Shown piece by piece: positions 15,173 through 28,014 of a DNA stretch of 64,000 nucleotides. The position numbers and the translations under genes are program-made. The DNA comes from Amphiscolops sp. MND2022. Its lineage: Eukaryota. Every line of letters begins with the position of its first letter. Positions within the stretch are counted from its first letter, which is position 1. The notes under the pieces were generated by a model. It was not told the DNA's origin. It saw nothing but the letters and a program-made list of their open reading frames with translations, and did not search any database. Location: NCBI GenBank assembly GCA_964187785.1, contig OZ076409.1, forward strand, positions 806,001-870,000. Direction: 5' to 3'.

Positions 15173-15993
15173 TTCCCCCCCTTTTTGAGAGAGAGCAGGC
15201 TGTAGGGGTAATGGGTAAGGTGAACGGTCGAGTTGAGAGGTAACAGATATCTGAGTGGAGTATTGAACAGCGGCTGAAGTGGCATGCAAGGTATAGAGAA
15301 ACGCGTGGGTGGCAATGTAGCTTCTGGAAACATTCGGAAGCGTGAATGGACAAGGTGAGGCAGGCAAATAGTAGGTAGTCGGAAGTTGAAGTCTATTTAT
15401 AGAAACGGTTTGACAGCCACGTCATCCGTGTAGTGCGCATTGAGTGTGATGTTTGTTTAAGCAACTTTTCATCGATCATCGGCAGTTGATTGATTTGTTG
15501 TGTTGCCATAGTGAAAGTCAGTTGAGTCAATTACTGTTTGAATTGAAATTTGATCCTGCTTTAATTTGAGAGTATTCACCTTCGTTTGTCAACCGTTGGC
15601 TTTGCTCATTCTTCCACAATGATGAAAATATGTCCATGTATTGTTTTTGGCACTGTTAGTCCTGTATTTTTCGGGTATCGATTGTACTGATAAGATTGTT
15701 CGGGGAATTAGTCTTTTTTGGCTGGGAAATACGACTGCTTTCTTTCTGCTTCTTGTAATGAGCATTTGATGTCTGGTGGAAGTAGGTCCAAAAATATGGT
15801 TCTTTGAATTTCCAGTATTACTAGAGTAAAACTGTTTGATGAGGAGGTCAGGTATCCATTGTATATTGGAATAGGTGATCAGTCTATAACAACAATAAAT
15901 GGAAGAATGAGCTTTTGCAGTCGTGTCTTCGTCGCCGATTATTATTTCCCCGGAGAGTTTCAGTTATTTCCTTTTCTCCCAGCGTTATCCAAT

Positions 15994-18900
15994 ATGTCTG
16001 ATGATGAGGCAGGTCAGTCCTTTGGTCCCGGATTAGCTGAGTTAGTCGCTGAAGTGGAGAATCAGATGGCCGGAGAGGGGGCTCAGCTAGGTGGAAGTGG
16101 AGGCGATCTGGAGTTATCAGGATTATTGCTGGAGACTAGTTACTGCTGTCAGTTTGCGGCTCGGGTATCTTCTGCTAATATCGCTGGTTTAAGCGATTTA
16201 TTGGATGTCGTTCTCTCCCAGGAATTTGGTAAGTGCTCACTTCGTATATTGTACTACTATCAGTGGTATGTCTAAAGCGTAAGGGAGAGTTAAGTCTTTC
16301 CTTCAAGTTTGCATACTTTCAAGTTTGAGTCCCGTAATGTTAGGGAGTGTCAGGCGTAGCATTTTAAATAGGGTGTTCTCGTGTTTGTAGCTGATGTCAA
16401 CATGTCCGACGTAGTCAGTTATTTACGTCGCTTTCGTGCTTCGATAGCCACTGGAACTGCTAAGGGTTCTGAGACGGTAGCGGCGCCCATCCTTCGTCGA
16501 CTGGATGCCTTCTGACATCGCAACTTGGTAGGTGAATTCACGGTTACTGTGGAGTTAAGTTATCTGCTGTGGGGGTCTTTTGGTTCTTTTGTTGTTCAAT
16601 ACCAATGCATGCAGTATACGGTTGCTGTTCTCTAACCAGGCGGTGATAGATGCCTTCAGTCGTTGAGTCCAAAGTAGGTGCTATGAACTAAGGGTTACTT
16701 TGCAGATGCCAACGTTCGAGCTGATGTCATTGTGGGGCAGTTCACTGAATTGTTTCAACGTGTAGAACGGGAAATTCAGCAGTGGGTGAAGGCTGCAATC
16801 GAGTCTAGTTTGGGCCGGCTAGGGACAGTGGGTGCTCTCGCTGTCGAGGAATTCCTGGACAAAATGAAGGAAGCGTTGCGAGAACTGGGTCAAGCTCCTC
16901 TCGTTCCCCGTGGTGGTGAGACTTCTTCTCTACCACGCTCCGTAGCTGGGAGCATCTCTGGTGTGGACGATCGTCGTGCGGCAGTGGAATCTGATGTGCC
17001 GTCTGAGTTTGGAGAAAAGAGCGTCGTTCCTTCTGGGGGGACTTCGTCCGCTGTTGCCTCCACATCAAAGCCTGGTGATAACCCTCAAAGATCACGTGAG
17101 GGGTTTTAGTTTTAAGTGGTAAAAAAAGGGATGTATATAAGGTACTACTACTGCTTAAGGACAAACACGTTTTTTTTGAAAGGTTTTGACTGGACAGTGG
17201 TGCTATGTGATTTATGTTGTGTGTTAGCAGGACGGAAGCGTGCTATCAGAACGTTGAAACCATCATTTTTCGTTTCTGGGGTCGTGGGGACCTTCGTTGG
17301 TGACTTTGTTGAACTGAGGGACTTTTCAAGCGTTGTGCGGTCCATGGAAGTGTGGCCCAGTAGCATGCGGGGCGAGCTGGTTTTCAGTGAGAGGGTGCTA
17401 TCATACCCGAAATGTCAGGTAATACATGTTTTGTTCGTCTCTTTTTCTTGTGTTGTGTTCGTGAAAGTTGGTTCTTGTCTGCTAGTTCGTGTTTGCAGTT
17501 GCTGACTGTTTTCATTGGCAGTACTTGCTGAGAAGTGTCACCGTTGTATATTTGTTGTAGAGTCTTGTGTTATACGGCCTGTATCCATTTGTCATGGAGA
17601 AGCTGAGCGATCTACTTTCTGCTGGGGCGCGGTTTGGTCTGCACGTCCGCACTGATGGGTCGTTGAAGCGAGTGGATTGCCACATTTTTGACGCTCTGAC
17701 AGTCAAGATGGTTGTGCTAGCTGCTATTCCTGGGGGTGGTGAGTGGGAACGCTCACTACTCAAGATCGTTGTCTCTGTTATGGCCTGTGTGGAGTCTCAT
17801 GCGGGTCTGTCTGCTGTTAGCGTGGGAGAGAATCTGCGTCTTGGGCGTGCGTTAGCTAGCATCGCGCACCCAGCCATACCTTTGGTTACTCGTCGTCTCG
17901 ATGTGGACTGGCTGAAGGATTTGCTGCGACGCACGTTTCTGCGAGAGTTGAGTGGACTGGAACCTTTCTGCGTGTTGGAGTATTTCCGGTTCCGCTTAGC
18001 CGCCGTCATCGGTGGTTCGTCGTTTGACAATATGCCAAGGCTTCGAGAGGTAATTGATTTTAAGTTTGTTAGCGCGTTTTTTTTCTCTTCGGGGACTGGT
18101 GTGAGTATGTGTGGTAATGTGTGGTCGTGGTCTGCTTTGTTCTAACTCGGTGCTAATTTTGTTTTAGTTCGTCCGTGGTGGTGCTGCGCGCTTCCAGGAG
18201 TTGTCGGCACTGTGCACCGAACTTGTGGAGCGATGGGACGACCTCGGTGCCTACTTCGGTGTTCACCGGTCAAATACTGTGTCCGAAACGCGGAGTATAG
18301 CCAGTATGGAGACTCAAGTCTTCAGCGATGCTTTGTCGAGGCTGCGATTTGCAGTTTTGAAAGTTCTGGCAGAGACAGGTCAGTATAAGAGTTTTGAGTG
18401 TTACTTGTGTACGGGTGTGTCGGTACTAGTTTTGTTGTAATTGTTGGTTTGGGTGTTAGCGACGACTGAGTTGTTAGGGTGTGTAGTTTCTCGACATTCT
18501 GTTTGTGATTCGCCTGTGTGTTTCAGTTGTTGCAAAGTGTCCTCGCTTGTGTTCTGCTGGGCGAGATCGGAACTTGTGGTTCGAGCGGGAGCTGGCTGCT
18601 TTCCTTCGGGAGTTATTGTCTCTGGTCGTCGAACCCTCATCGCTACCACCTGCTTTTGAAGTCCTCGCCGTGTTGAAGTTGCGACTGGGCGAGAGTAAGC
18701 CTGTTGACAAGGCCCGATTTCAAGTGCTGTTCGGCCAGTACTTCCGCTTCGACGTGGTCAGCCAGAAGCCTTTCTTTTATAAAGAAGTGCAGAATTTCCT
18801 CAGGACTGTGTGCGAGTCGTGCATTGGCGATTATGACCAAGGGTGGGTTAAGCACCTCAGCTTGTTGCCGCTGGATTCTTGTGCTATACAGTCGGTGTCA

Positions 18901-19806
18901 ATGGATCGGCTGACAGACATCCTTGTGGGTACACTTTCTGTCCTCAGCTTTGGAGATCTATGCAGAGGAGATCAAGGTGCCATCATCTTGCAGCAGTATC
19001 GCGAGGTAGTCAACTACTTCAAGCATCGATGGGAGTCCAATGCTTCGGTGGTGCCAGTTATTGACGATGCCATGTCTTTGTGGCTGTCATATCCTTCGTG
19101 GGACCGGTGCCAAGAATTCCGGGGCATTGTGGAGATTCTTTTTGTGGGAATGCTCCATGATTCGTATGCTGCTGATTTTCAGGATGTAGGAGACACAGCC
19201 CTCGATGACGGTATCATGCTATCAAGTTTGAACATTATTCGAAGCTGGATGTCGAGTGGTTTCGGCGGGCATTCTCGACGCTCGATGATTGGATTTGTTA
19301 GACACTGCAGCACTACAGACATGCAGGTTTCGCGGTTAACCGATGAAGGCAGAGCTATCCCCTGGGACCAATTGGTTAAGAGGGGGGTTGATGAATCGCT
19401 TGGGCGCTGTGTCACAGTACTGGAGACGACTGGTGGACTACCTACTCGCCCTGTCATTGACGATTATGTGTCTGCTGTTTGTAATCAGTTGCGGACAATG
19501 GAGTCGAGTCCAACTGCTCCCCGTCGGAGTCCTGTCAAATCAAGGCGTTCAGCAGCTCAAGCGCCGAAATTGCAATCCGAGGTCGTAGTGTCGTCAGCAG
19601 GTCCGAGTGAGTCAGCTCCGAAGCGCAAAGCAGTCAGTAGGACGTCAGGGGGCAATCACGGACAGAGGACCGGTGGGAAGCCGGACAAGAAAGGGAAGCG
19701 CACTCTGGCTACCTTTGAGACTGAAATTGTACAAGCCAGCAGGCGGGCTTTTTCACTCGAAGAAAGCAGTAACGAGTTCGGCTCCAGCCGTTCTACAGAG
19801 TATTAG
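15994..19806 (+). pseudogene. Element A antisense 7-exon cargo gene (~998 codons), apparently an inactive hAT-transposase-like protein; this copy is damaged
   Basis: Exons 15994-16228, 16391-16527, 16640-17095, 17231-17418, 17561-18049, 18168-18378, 18527-19806; GT-AG introns of 112-162 nt with matching phases; TGA at 16513 and 16664 and a 1-nt frameshift near 16693; aligns with the element B cargo. Confidence 0.75.
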
Positions 19807-21609
19807 TTGGCAGAAGGACTTGTATTAGTAATCAGACTTTCCATATTTCTTTGTGTATTCAGCTTTTTGTTTATATATTGAGTCTTGATATTGTGATTTG
19901 CTTTGTATGCTGCATTTTATTTTGGCCTGAGTAGGTCTTGCACTTTCTAGTAATTTAAATAGATGGTTTCAACCATCATAGTACTCTTCTTTGTTTTTCC
20001 TTAGGACTGGACAGTTCGGACGTCACAAGAGGTTTTTCGCTTGTTTTGCTTGTGACAACTCCATTTTTTGTTGTGTAGGACGTGAAACCTAAAGTTGCAT
20101 GGCTCTTATGCTTGCTTTTCTTTTTGTTTGTGTGTACGTTTATGCATGATGCTGGACTGGCTTTGTCTTTCTTAAGTGAGTGTATGGGGTAACCCATACT
20201 TCGCTATGGTTTCGAGTGGACTTACGCTCTAATTGTTACGGCGTCTACAGAGAATTTTTTGAGGAAGTTCATGTTGGTTATGGTTGTCACTGCGGTAACC
20301 ATTAACATAAACATTTGTTCACGCGTCAAACTGTGCTGTGCATGGTACTCGAAAGCCAGGTTTTCATGTAAGTTGTTAGTGAAGGCTCGAGAATGGTAGC
20401 GAGATATTCAGACCATGGCCTTCCAGTCCTTAGCGCCGCACTGTAAGGTACGTGACTGAGCAGCTTGTTCATTTCGGTGACGGAAGGCTCAAGGAGTGTA
20501 TCCTTGGTTCGATGCATGACTATTTTTTTTGTGTGCATGTAATATTCATGTTATAAGTCTTAGGGACTATTTTGCATGTATTTTAGTGTGTTTCAATATA
20601 TTACATGTAGCGATCTGTGTACGCGACGTCATCATCGTTGATGTGTGTCCTGGGACGTCGTCATACGTGATGTGTGTCGTCAAGATCGCAAGTTCTTACA
20701 TTATGTTAACTTCGGTGGTAGGAAGTTGTTAGACTGAGAACTATGGGTGTGTGTAGATTTTAATACTAAGCAGAGGTTGGGGCCGCGCACTCCTGAATCT
20801 TTTCCCAAGCGCATATCTGGTTACTTTTAAGGGTCGGGTATTCATTGTTTTCTGAATTTGGCAAGCTCTTGTTCTTTACCGGCGTTGTGTTATCGTCTAT
20901 GGTTGGTTTGTTATTTTTGATGTTCAGTTCATTGGAAAAGGTGAATTCCCGTCGGAACCACGTATACAAAACTAACACTGAATCCAGTTGCTAAAGAGCA
21001 ACCTTCATCTGTATGGTGACGACCAACCACACAAGCGCGCTTTTCGACGACGCACCCACACAGCCAGCACTATGGGTTTAAGTCGAAATGGGTGGAGTAT
21101 TGGTTGTGTTGTCCTAACGTTTGCCAGGCAGCAGATCGTCACTGTTAGTTTGTTGCGCTTGTAGGGAACGTTGTTTACGTTCACGTTTTGTTAGTTGTGT
21201 TTCGACGGTTTTCTAAGCGAAGTGTTTCGTTTCGATTGTTGACGTGGTAGTTTTGGTGCGAATTGAATAAATTATCGTTCACACTTTTGCGCGCTACGTG
21301 TGCTTCCGGGCCGCAAGTGTTGGGATGATTGGCGTTTGCAGTCGTTGCGTTACCGTTTGTTTGCTTCTTACGTAGTAGTTGACGCTAAGTATTTAGACAG
21401 CTCAAACAGTGACGACGGAAGTGGATGGTCATTTAATCGTATTAATTGGATTGTGTGCTAGGTTGTCCGGAATTTTCAATACTGCTTGTTGAGTACTGGT
21501 ATACAGGGTCGTAATGGTAAAACAATTACTTTTACGGTCAAGGAGCGAGACTGTTTATGACTGCTGTTGGCAGTCGTTGGTTTTAGAAATGCAATGAGGG
21601 ATGGGTGTT

Positions 21610-24186
21610 TTACAGGTTTCTGTTTTTCAGAAGTAACTGTTGCAGTGAAGGCGTACCGTGTAATTCGTGCATTAAGAAATCAGGGTACGTGGTAGGTTTT
21701 GGGTTGTGTCTGAGCCCGTATCGAGACATGGTGTGTCGTGATGGCGCTGGAGGGCGGTCGTTTGTTTGGTGTTCAGAATTGTTCATGCTAACATTATCCG
21801 GTTGTGGTTCTTGTGTTTCAGCTTGGCTTTCAGGTATGGATATGTTTTGATCAGATTCTATGTTTTGCCGTTCGTAGTAGATCATTCCATGGTCTGCGTG
21901 TAACTCTTCGAAGTTTGATTGTTCAGGTATTACTTGTTGTGGCTGTTCATGGACATGATCGGGTAGGTTATTGTCAAATAACTCCTGTTCGTTGAGGGCG
22001 TCAGGATCTTCGAAATATTGTGATGCATTGTCTTGAATGTCTTCCATTGGTGCGTTTGGCGTGAATGGGCGAAGCCTCATTCTGTGAACGCATTGGGTGC
22101 GAAGAGTGCCAATCTTACGTATGATGTAATTTGAATTTGACAAGACTTTGACCACTTTGTATGGGCCTTCCCACTTGAATTCCTTGAATGGAATTTTTCA
22201 GATTGCTGAGACAGTCTTTTGTTTAGCAGAAAGGTGAAATCATTTACTTTCAGAGGTGAAGCTTGCGCTTTTCGGTCGTAGTAACTCTTGTATTTGTGAA
22301 AGGCTTCGATTATGTTGTCATGTGTTTGTTGGAATTTTTTGTTCATGTTATCTAGTATTCCAGTGACGTCAGTGGTGTTACGTTGTTCGGTTAATGGATG
22401 GCTAATATTGACGTCAAGGGCATTGAACGGAACACGTCCGTGGAAAACTTCAGTGGGTGTGTATCGGATAGCCTGGTGGTAGGTCGTGTTATGGGCCATT
22501 ACGGCCATGTTGACGTATTTGTGCCATTGCGGTGAATCAGCTGAGATGTTGATTTTGAGAATTTGTTTCAGTTTTTGATGGAAACGTTCAACCATCCCAA
22601 TCGTTTGTGCGTGTTTTACAGAGGCATGTTCGATTTTTATACCGGCAGACTCCATCAGGGAGTTGAGCAGTTGAGATGTGAATGTCGTTCCCTTATCAGT
22701 TAAGATTGTCTTGGGTACATACGAGTGTTGCCTAAAGATTTGCATGAGTGCTTCCACGACCGACTTTGTGTCTGGTTTACGGATTGGTATTGCGAAGAGG
22801 TACCTAGAAAAGTAGTCGCATGCAGTGAGGATGTGTGTGAATCCGTTGGAAGGTGGGAGTTCACCGACTAAATCAATTTCTAGTATGTCTTCTGGTCCGT
22901 TGCAGGGGTCGTATATTTGTTGAAGTGGTGGTGTGATTTCAGCTTTTCGGATTGGTTTTGAGCGGATGCAGTCCTGGCAGTTCGAGACGTATTGCAGTAC
23001 CAGTTCAGAGAGGTTTGGTGAGTAGTACCTTTTACGCAGTTCATGGAGCATTTTGTTACAACCAGGGTGACCTTGCAGAGGGTCATCGTGCAGTGATTGA
23101 ATGATTTTTCGAATGGTTTCAGGGGGAGTGACAACTTGTTTACACTTGATTTTACCTGTACCATCAAAAAAATTCCTGTATAAAACGTTGTTCACAACTT
23201 CAAGTCTTTTCTTGCTTTTAACTAGTTTTTGGAAAAACTGACTTTCAAAGTTCACATGATTAGGAAGGGTTTCCTTTTGGTTCAAAACTCTAATCATGCG
23301 TTGGATGTCAAGGTTTACGACTTGATCCTGGATGATTTGAAACCCCCCATTGGGGCATACCTGGTTTACCACGTTGTCATGAAGCTTTCGTCTGAATCTG
23401 GTGAACGTCATCTCGTCATGTTGCCCTGTGATGATGGGTGTGATTTGATGACGGATGGTTTCTATCCTCTCGAGAAACTGTCCACTCGATTCGTTGCTGC
23501 ACATGGGGACCTGGTCCAGGATGGCGTTGATGGCTTCATTTTGTTTGGTGGTGGTAGCGTGTTGGTCATCAGGTATGTATTCTTCTTCTTCTTCGTCCTG
23601 CTTGGGTGTTCTTGATGCCAGGTCGATCTCGACGTGGAAGACTGGTATCTCGTCGTTGAGTTTGAGGTGTATTCTTTCCTCTAGTCGTATGTCAAGACGA
23701 GACAGGTAGTCTGCAGCAGGGTTCTCAGTTCCAGGAACGTGGGCAAGTACGAATTCGAATTGGAGCGTCTGATCGCAGTAATTCCATAGCTTCGGGGGAA
23801 TCCGTTTAGACTAAAAAAAATCGGGTCAGTGCTTTATTGTCCGTCATTACTAGTGTTGGTTTCTTGACACCCCAGAGTATGTGTGCGAATTCATCGAATG
23901 CGAAATGCATCGCCAGGAATTCCTTTGCGTACATTGTTAGGGACATTTGGCCCTCCGTGAATCGTTGGGATCCAAATGATACTGGGGCGTACGTTTTCAG
24001 TGGTCCATCGTTTGTTTCGGTATAGTCTTCTATCAGGAGGACATATCCTGCCGCATGCTCGCTGGCGTCGCATATTATAACAAGCTGTTTATCGGGTAAC
24101 GGCAGACGCAGCGAAAGTTTCGCAGCTTTGGCAAGATTTTCATTAATCTCGAAGATGATGTCCTTGTGCTGCTGGGTCAACTGGAA
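21610..24186 (-). pseudogene. pol: Element A pol remnant: RNase H and integrase, frameshifted
   Basis: IICDASEHAAGYVL, AKEFLA, VMTDNKAL, NPAADYLSR (RNase H); LHDDPLQGHPG...CQDC, EIDLVG, LTDKG, MVER (HHCC and DDE integrase); frameshifts near 23815 and 22190. Confidence 0.93.
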
Positions 24187-24486
24187 TTTGACGTCTAGTT
24201 AAAACGTCGTCAGAGTCAAGGTCTACCATTTGGTCTCTGGATAAAAGTTCAGGGAAACTGGCTTCACTTCCGTTATCGCTTGATCTATCCATATTTTCAG
24301 TTTCTACTTGTCTATTTTGACTACTTTGAGATCTGGTAATTACCATGAAAAGTCTGGAAGTTTTAAGTTGAATTGAAATGTTTTAATGTTAAAATAAGGA
24401 TTGATAACTCGTAAGCAAGGTAGTAGGCAACTGGTTATATCACTGGTTACAACTCGTGAGTGAGTTCGGTTTTACCCGGTTGTGTA
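24187..24486 (-). repeat. Third, internal partial copy (~300 bp) of the element A LTR replacing 3' gag, protease and RT
   Basis: Near-identical to ~25036-25334 and ~14253-14551; fused to gag on one side and to the pol connection region on the other. Confidence 0.9.
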
Positions 24487-25194
24487 TTCTTTTTTGAATG
24501 CCGTCAGTATATCTCTCAGTGTCGTTTCTGTCGTGATTGTTAGGGTTTGCCAAAACTCAAATGCGTCATCTCTGAGAAGACTCTGAAAGTAGTTGAGTTT
24601 TTGTTCTTCGGTTAGTTTGTGGGCATGTGGTCGTAAGTGGTTGAGCAATAAATGCTCGAATTCATTGTATTTGTCACGATTTCCCTTGAATAGAGGTACT
24701 TGGGTCTGCAGGATTTTTGGATGGGTCAAGGTTTCCCCCATTGTACTGCGGAGATGGTGGATTTCCGTCATCACATCTGCTATCTGCGGAATACTTTCGT
24801 CACTCCTTGGTGTCCCGTTGGGTGGTGTTGTTCGAGATCCTGATGGTCGTGGGTTCGAGACTCCTGTCACCATGTCGGAACGACCGTCAGTACTTGTAGT
24901 TGCTGGATTCAGTCTGTTCCCTTCTCCATTAACGGAGGCAAACTGATTGGTCAGTGTAAGGACTATATTGGTAAGGTCTCCGATTTGTCTATTTATCTCA
25001 TTAAATCGCTGGTCAATGCTATAACTGTTACTGTTTTGACGTCTAGTTAAAACGTCGTCAGAGTCAAGGTCTACCGTTTGGTCTCTGGATAAAAGTTCAG
25101 GGAAACTGGCTTCACTTTCGTTATCGCTTGATCTATCCATATTTTCAGTTTCTACTTGTCTATTTTGACTACTTTGAGATCTGGTAATTACCAT
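24486..25194 (-). pseudogene. gag: Element A gag, 3'-truncated
   Basis: MVITRSQ...VPLFKGNRDKYNEFEHLLLNHL...EEQKLNYFQSLLRDDA, similar to element B Gag; broken at ~24486 by an LTR fragment. Confidence 0.85.
24860..24872 (-). other. Element A primer-binding site TGGTGACAGGAGT (probably tRNA-Leu)
   Basis: Starts TGG directly after the LTR terminal CA; resembles the complement of tRNA-Leu 3' ends as recalled. Confidence 0.7.
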
Positions 25195-25954
25195 GAAAAG
25201 TCTGGAAGTTTTAAGTTGAATTGAAATGTTTTAATGTTAAAATAAGGATTGATAACTCGTAAGCAAGGTAGTAGGCAACTGGTTATATCACTGGTTACAA
25301 CTCGTGAGTGAGTTCGGTTTTACCCGGTTGTGTAACTATAAAGGTGTGTTAGCATCTTTCCTTTTAGCCAATGACATTCGATTTACTAATTGCTGTTTAA
25401 TTGCACTTGACGACTGGCGGCTACAGTCGTGACGGGTGATAATCCGCGTTTAATTATTCATGTTTGATCCAGTATGACCGCAAGCACCAGTCATTTTAGC
25501 ACGCAATTGTCTCAATTGCCTCTTAAACTGAGGCTTTACTACCGCGTGTTCTTATCATCATGGTGACTGATTCAATTATCGTTTGGAGGATAATTACTAA
25601 AAGGCATTGTACAAATTGCTAATATGAATGAACGAAATGTAGTTGTTATGAATGATTGAATATTCTGGTAATACGTTACATGTAATATAAAAAATGGATG
25701 AAGAATGATTAAATCACAAACTATCACGATAGCTGATGACTGATTGTTTCAGTCTTGGTTTCTAAACGATGCACAATAATATGAATGAATTTAGTATTGA
25801 TGACTGTTAGTTCCAGTCGTATACTCTCAACTGTATTGTTCGGGGAATAAATTACTGCAATGTATTTTCATGATGATCTGTATTTTAGGGAGTTTGATGT
25901 ATAAATTAATGTTTTAGAGTTCGTTTAATTCCTTCATGCTTGGCGGGCATGACA
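24873..25954 (-). repeat. Element A 5' LTR (contains the gag ATG at 25194)
   Basis: Direct repeat of 14090-15172; directly followed by the PBS. Confidence 0.95.
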
Positions 25955-28014
25955 CCTGCGCATAAGCAGGCATGAAAAGAAGAAGAAAGAAGTAGTTGCA
26001 TAAGATGTCATCTGAACAGGGAACTATTTCAGCAGAATTGAATTGAATTGAATTGAGTTGAAATGACTGACCGTCCTTCTTGTGTTAATTTGTGTCTGGT
26101 GCCATGTTCAATGAGCTTCCACTGGATCAATCTTTTGTGTGTCACAATCACGTTAATTGTCAAATCAAATCTCAGCGTCCACTGCTTCAATGAAATTGAA
26201 TCAAATTTTATGATATAAAAATGAGAAAAATAAATTGAAGAACTTTCCCGCGTTTCCCGACCCGGTCGATGATACTATGGTCATATATGGCGCCATACAA
26301 ACAATACCTTTTTTCCATGATCTTACCATGGTCAATCGGGAATCATTTATGATTCAGAGAATAGTCAGCCTGGAACCATAAAGTTCTACGGTTCAAAGTA
26401 GAAATCAAAGTGAAATCATGAAATTTTGTTGCCAACGCGGGTTGCCGTGACATGCAATTTAGTGAAAAAGTTTCAAATATTGAGAACCGCCAGTTTTAAA
26501 GGCTGAATGAACCGACAGTAGAGCCAGTTTTTACCATTTGTATCTCAGAACGATACATTTCAGATCTCAACACAATGAAACACTTAGCGGAGTTAACGAC
26601 AAATATATACACACAATTTGTTTTCAGTCACTCCTTAGTGTTTGTTAACTTTTGTTACAATAGTCCCCTTTTTTCAGGGTGATTTCTGATACAGCAATTT
26701 CCAATAATTCAGCAAAAGCGGTAAAAAAATTGATGATAACGACTTTGTTTTCAGTTTTGTGATTGCATTGACACTTTGTTTGAGGAATATCTAGTAATTT
26801 TATCAGTGTACGCGGTTATTGACTACGTTATCGTAATTTTCTTTTCACGGCTCCATGCTAACCATACTATGGTGAGCCTGTAATGTTCAATGAAATCATG
26901 TTGATCACAATATGAGCCACCTTGGTTGAAACTGCTTGAACTTTTTACAAGTTTTCGTATGTTACCAATTTTTCATGACTTTATGAAATTCTCAAAGAAA
27001 TGCCCATGCATTAGAACTTTATTGATTCGATTTAAATACATCAAGCTGCCTATGAAGTGTATCTTAAATTTGGCGGCAATTCCGAGCCGCAAAGTTTTGT
27101 TGAATTTATTCAGACGCAGTTCGAATTTTGAAAGCAGCTGAGACCTTCATCAATTCTACTGCGATTTCAATTCAAATAATTTTTAGTCACCTTATAAGTT
27201 TCAGAGTAGCGTCAAATTCAGCGTGCTATTTGACTAACTATGATTTTATAAGGTACAAAAGGTACTTAGTTGAGAAACGTGGCGTGAAAACAGAATGATC
27301 GAGACGGTGAAGTAGTGGAAATATTTTCAGTTTTAATTCAAATAGTGGAAGCTGCATTGTAATGCTACAGAATGTTTCCATGCAGGCTACCTGAATTTTG
27401 GGAAAAAATTAGCCAGCATGTTTCCATGCAGCATGTGAAAATTTATGAAAATTTATGCAATCTCGACTGGAGCATATATAAAAAGGTGTTAATCATAGAC
27501 TGAAACTTACATGGTGCAGAGTATGGCCAGGTCTGCAACCATAAATCATTATGATCTAGTTTATGATCAGCCTGGAATCAACCTTTCTTTTTTATAGCAG
27601 AGCATGACCAACCTATTTTTGCATGTCAGGGAAACCCGGGTTTTCATAGTTTGCTAATCAGTTGAAAAACTTAGAACGCAGTGGTGAGCAGTGTCGCGGA
27701 CTTCAGCCACAGAAAAACGGTGTTTTTAAATTTGGAATTAAAAGAAACTTGTTAAAGCTCCATACCTTGCTTTGAGGATTTTCCAAACGACTAGTCATAG
27801 AAGAAGGTTGCATCGAGTAGTGATGCTCAAAGTTCGAGGTTCAATGTTCTAAGTTTCGTTTTGGTCACTTTTTTAGAACCCTTCTAGGGGGTTAGCTGCT
27901 GTTATTCTATCAAAACGGCAATTGAATTGCGAGAAGTGACCTGTGCAAGTTTCACGCAAACCGTTGAGACTGTAGTGCCAATTCTCCCAACAGCGAGTGT
28001 TTGTTTGTGCTTAG

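Larger units (their letters stand above)
14090..25954 (-). mobile_element. Ty3/gypsy LTR retrotransposon A (11.9 kb, internally deleted, carries an antisense cargo gene)
   Basis: Two ~1083-bp LTRs differing at about 10 positions by eye; TG...CA; TSD CCTGC (14085-14089, 25955-25959); PBS, PPT, gag, RNase H then integrase. Confidence 0.96.

Noticed and set aside
16674..16705. 32-nt micro-intron in the A cargo gene
   Set aside because: Much shorter than the other introns (112-162 nt); a 1-nt deletion in the G run near 16693 explains the frame change more simply, though the intron is not excluded
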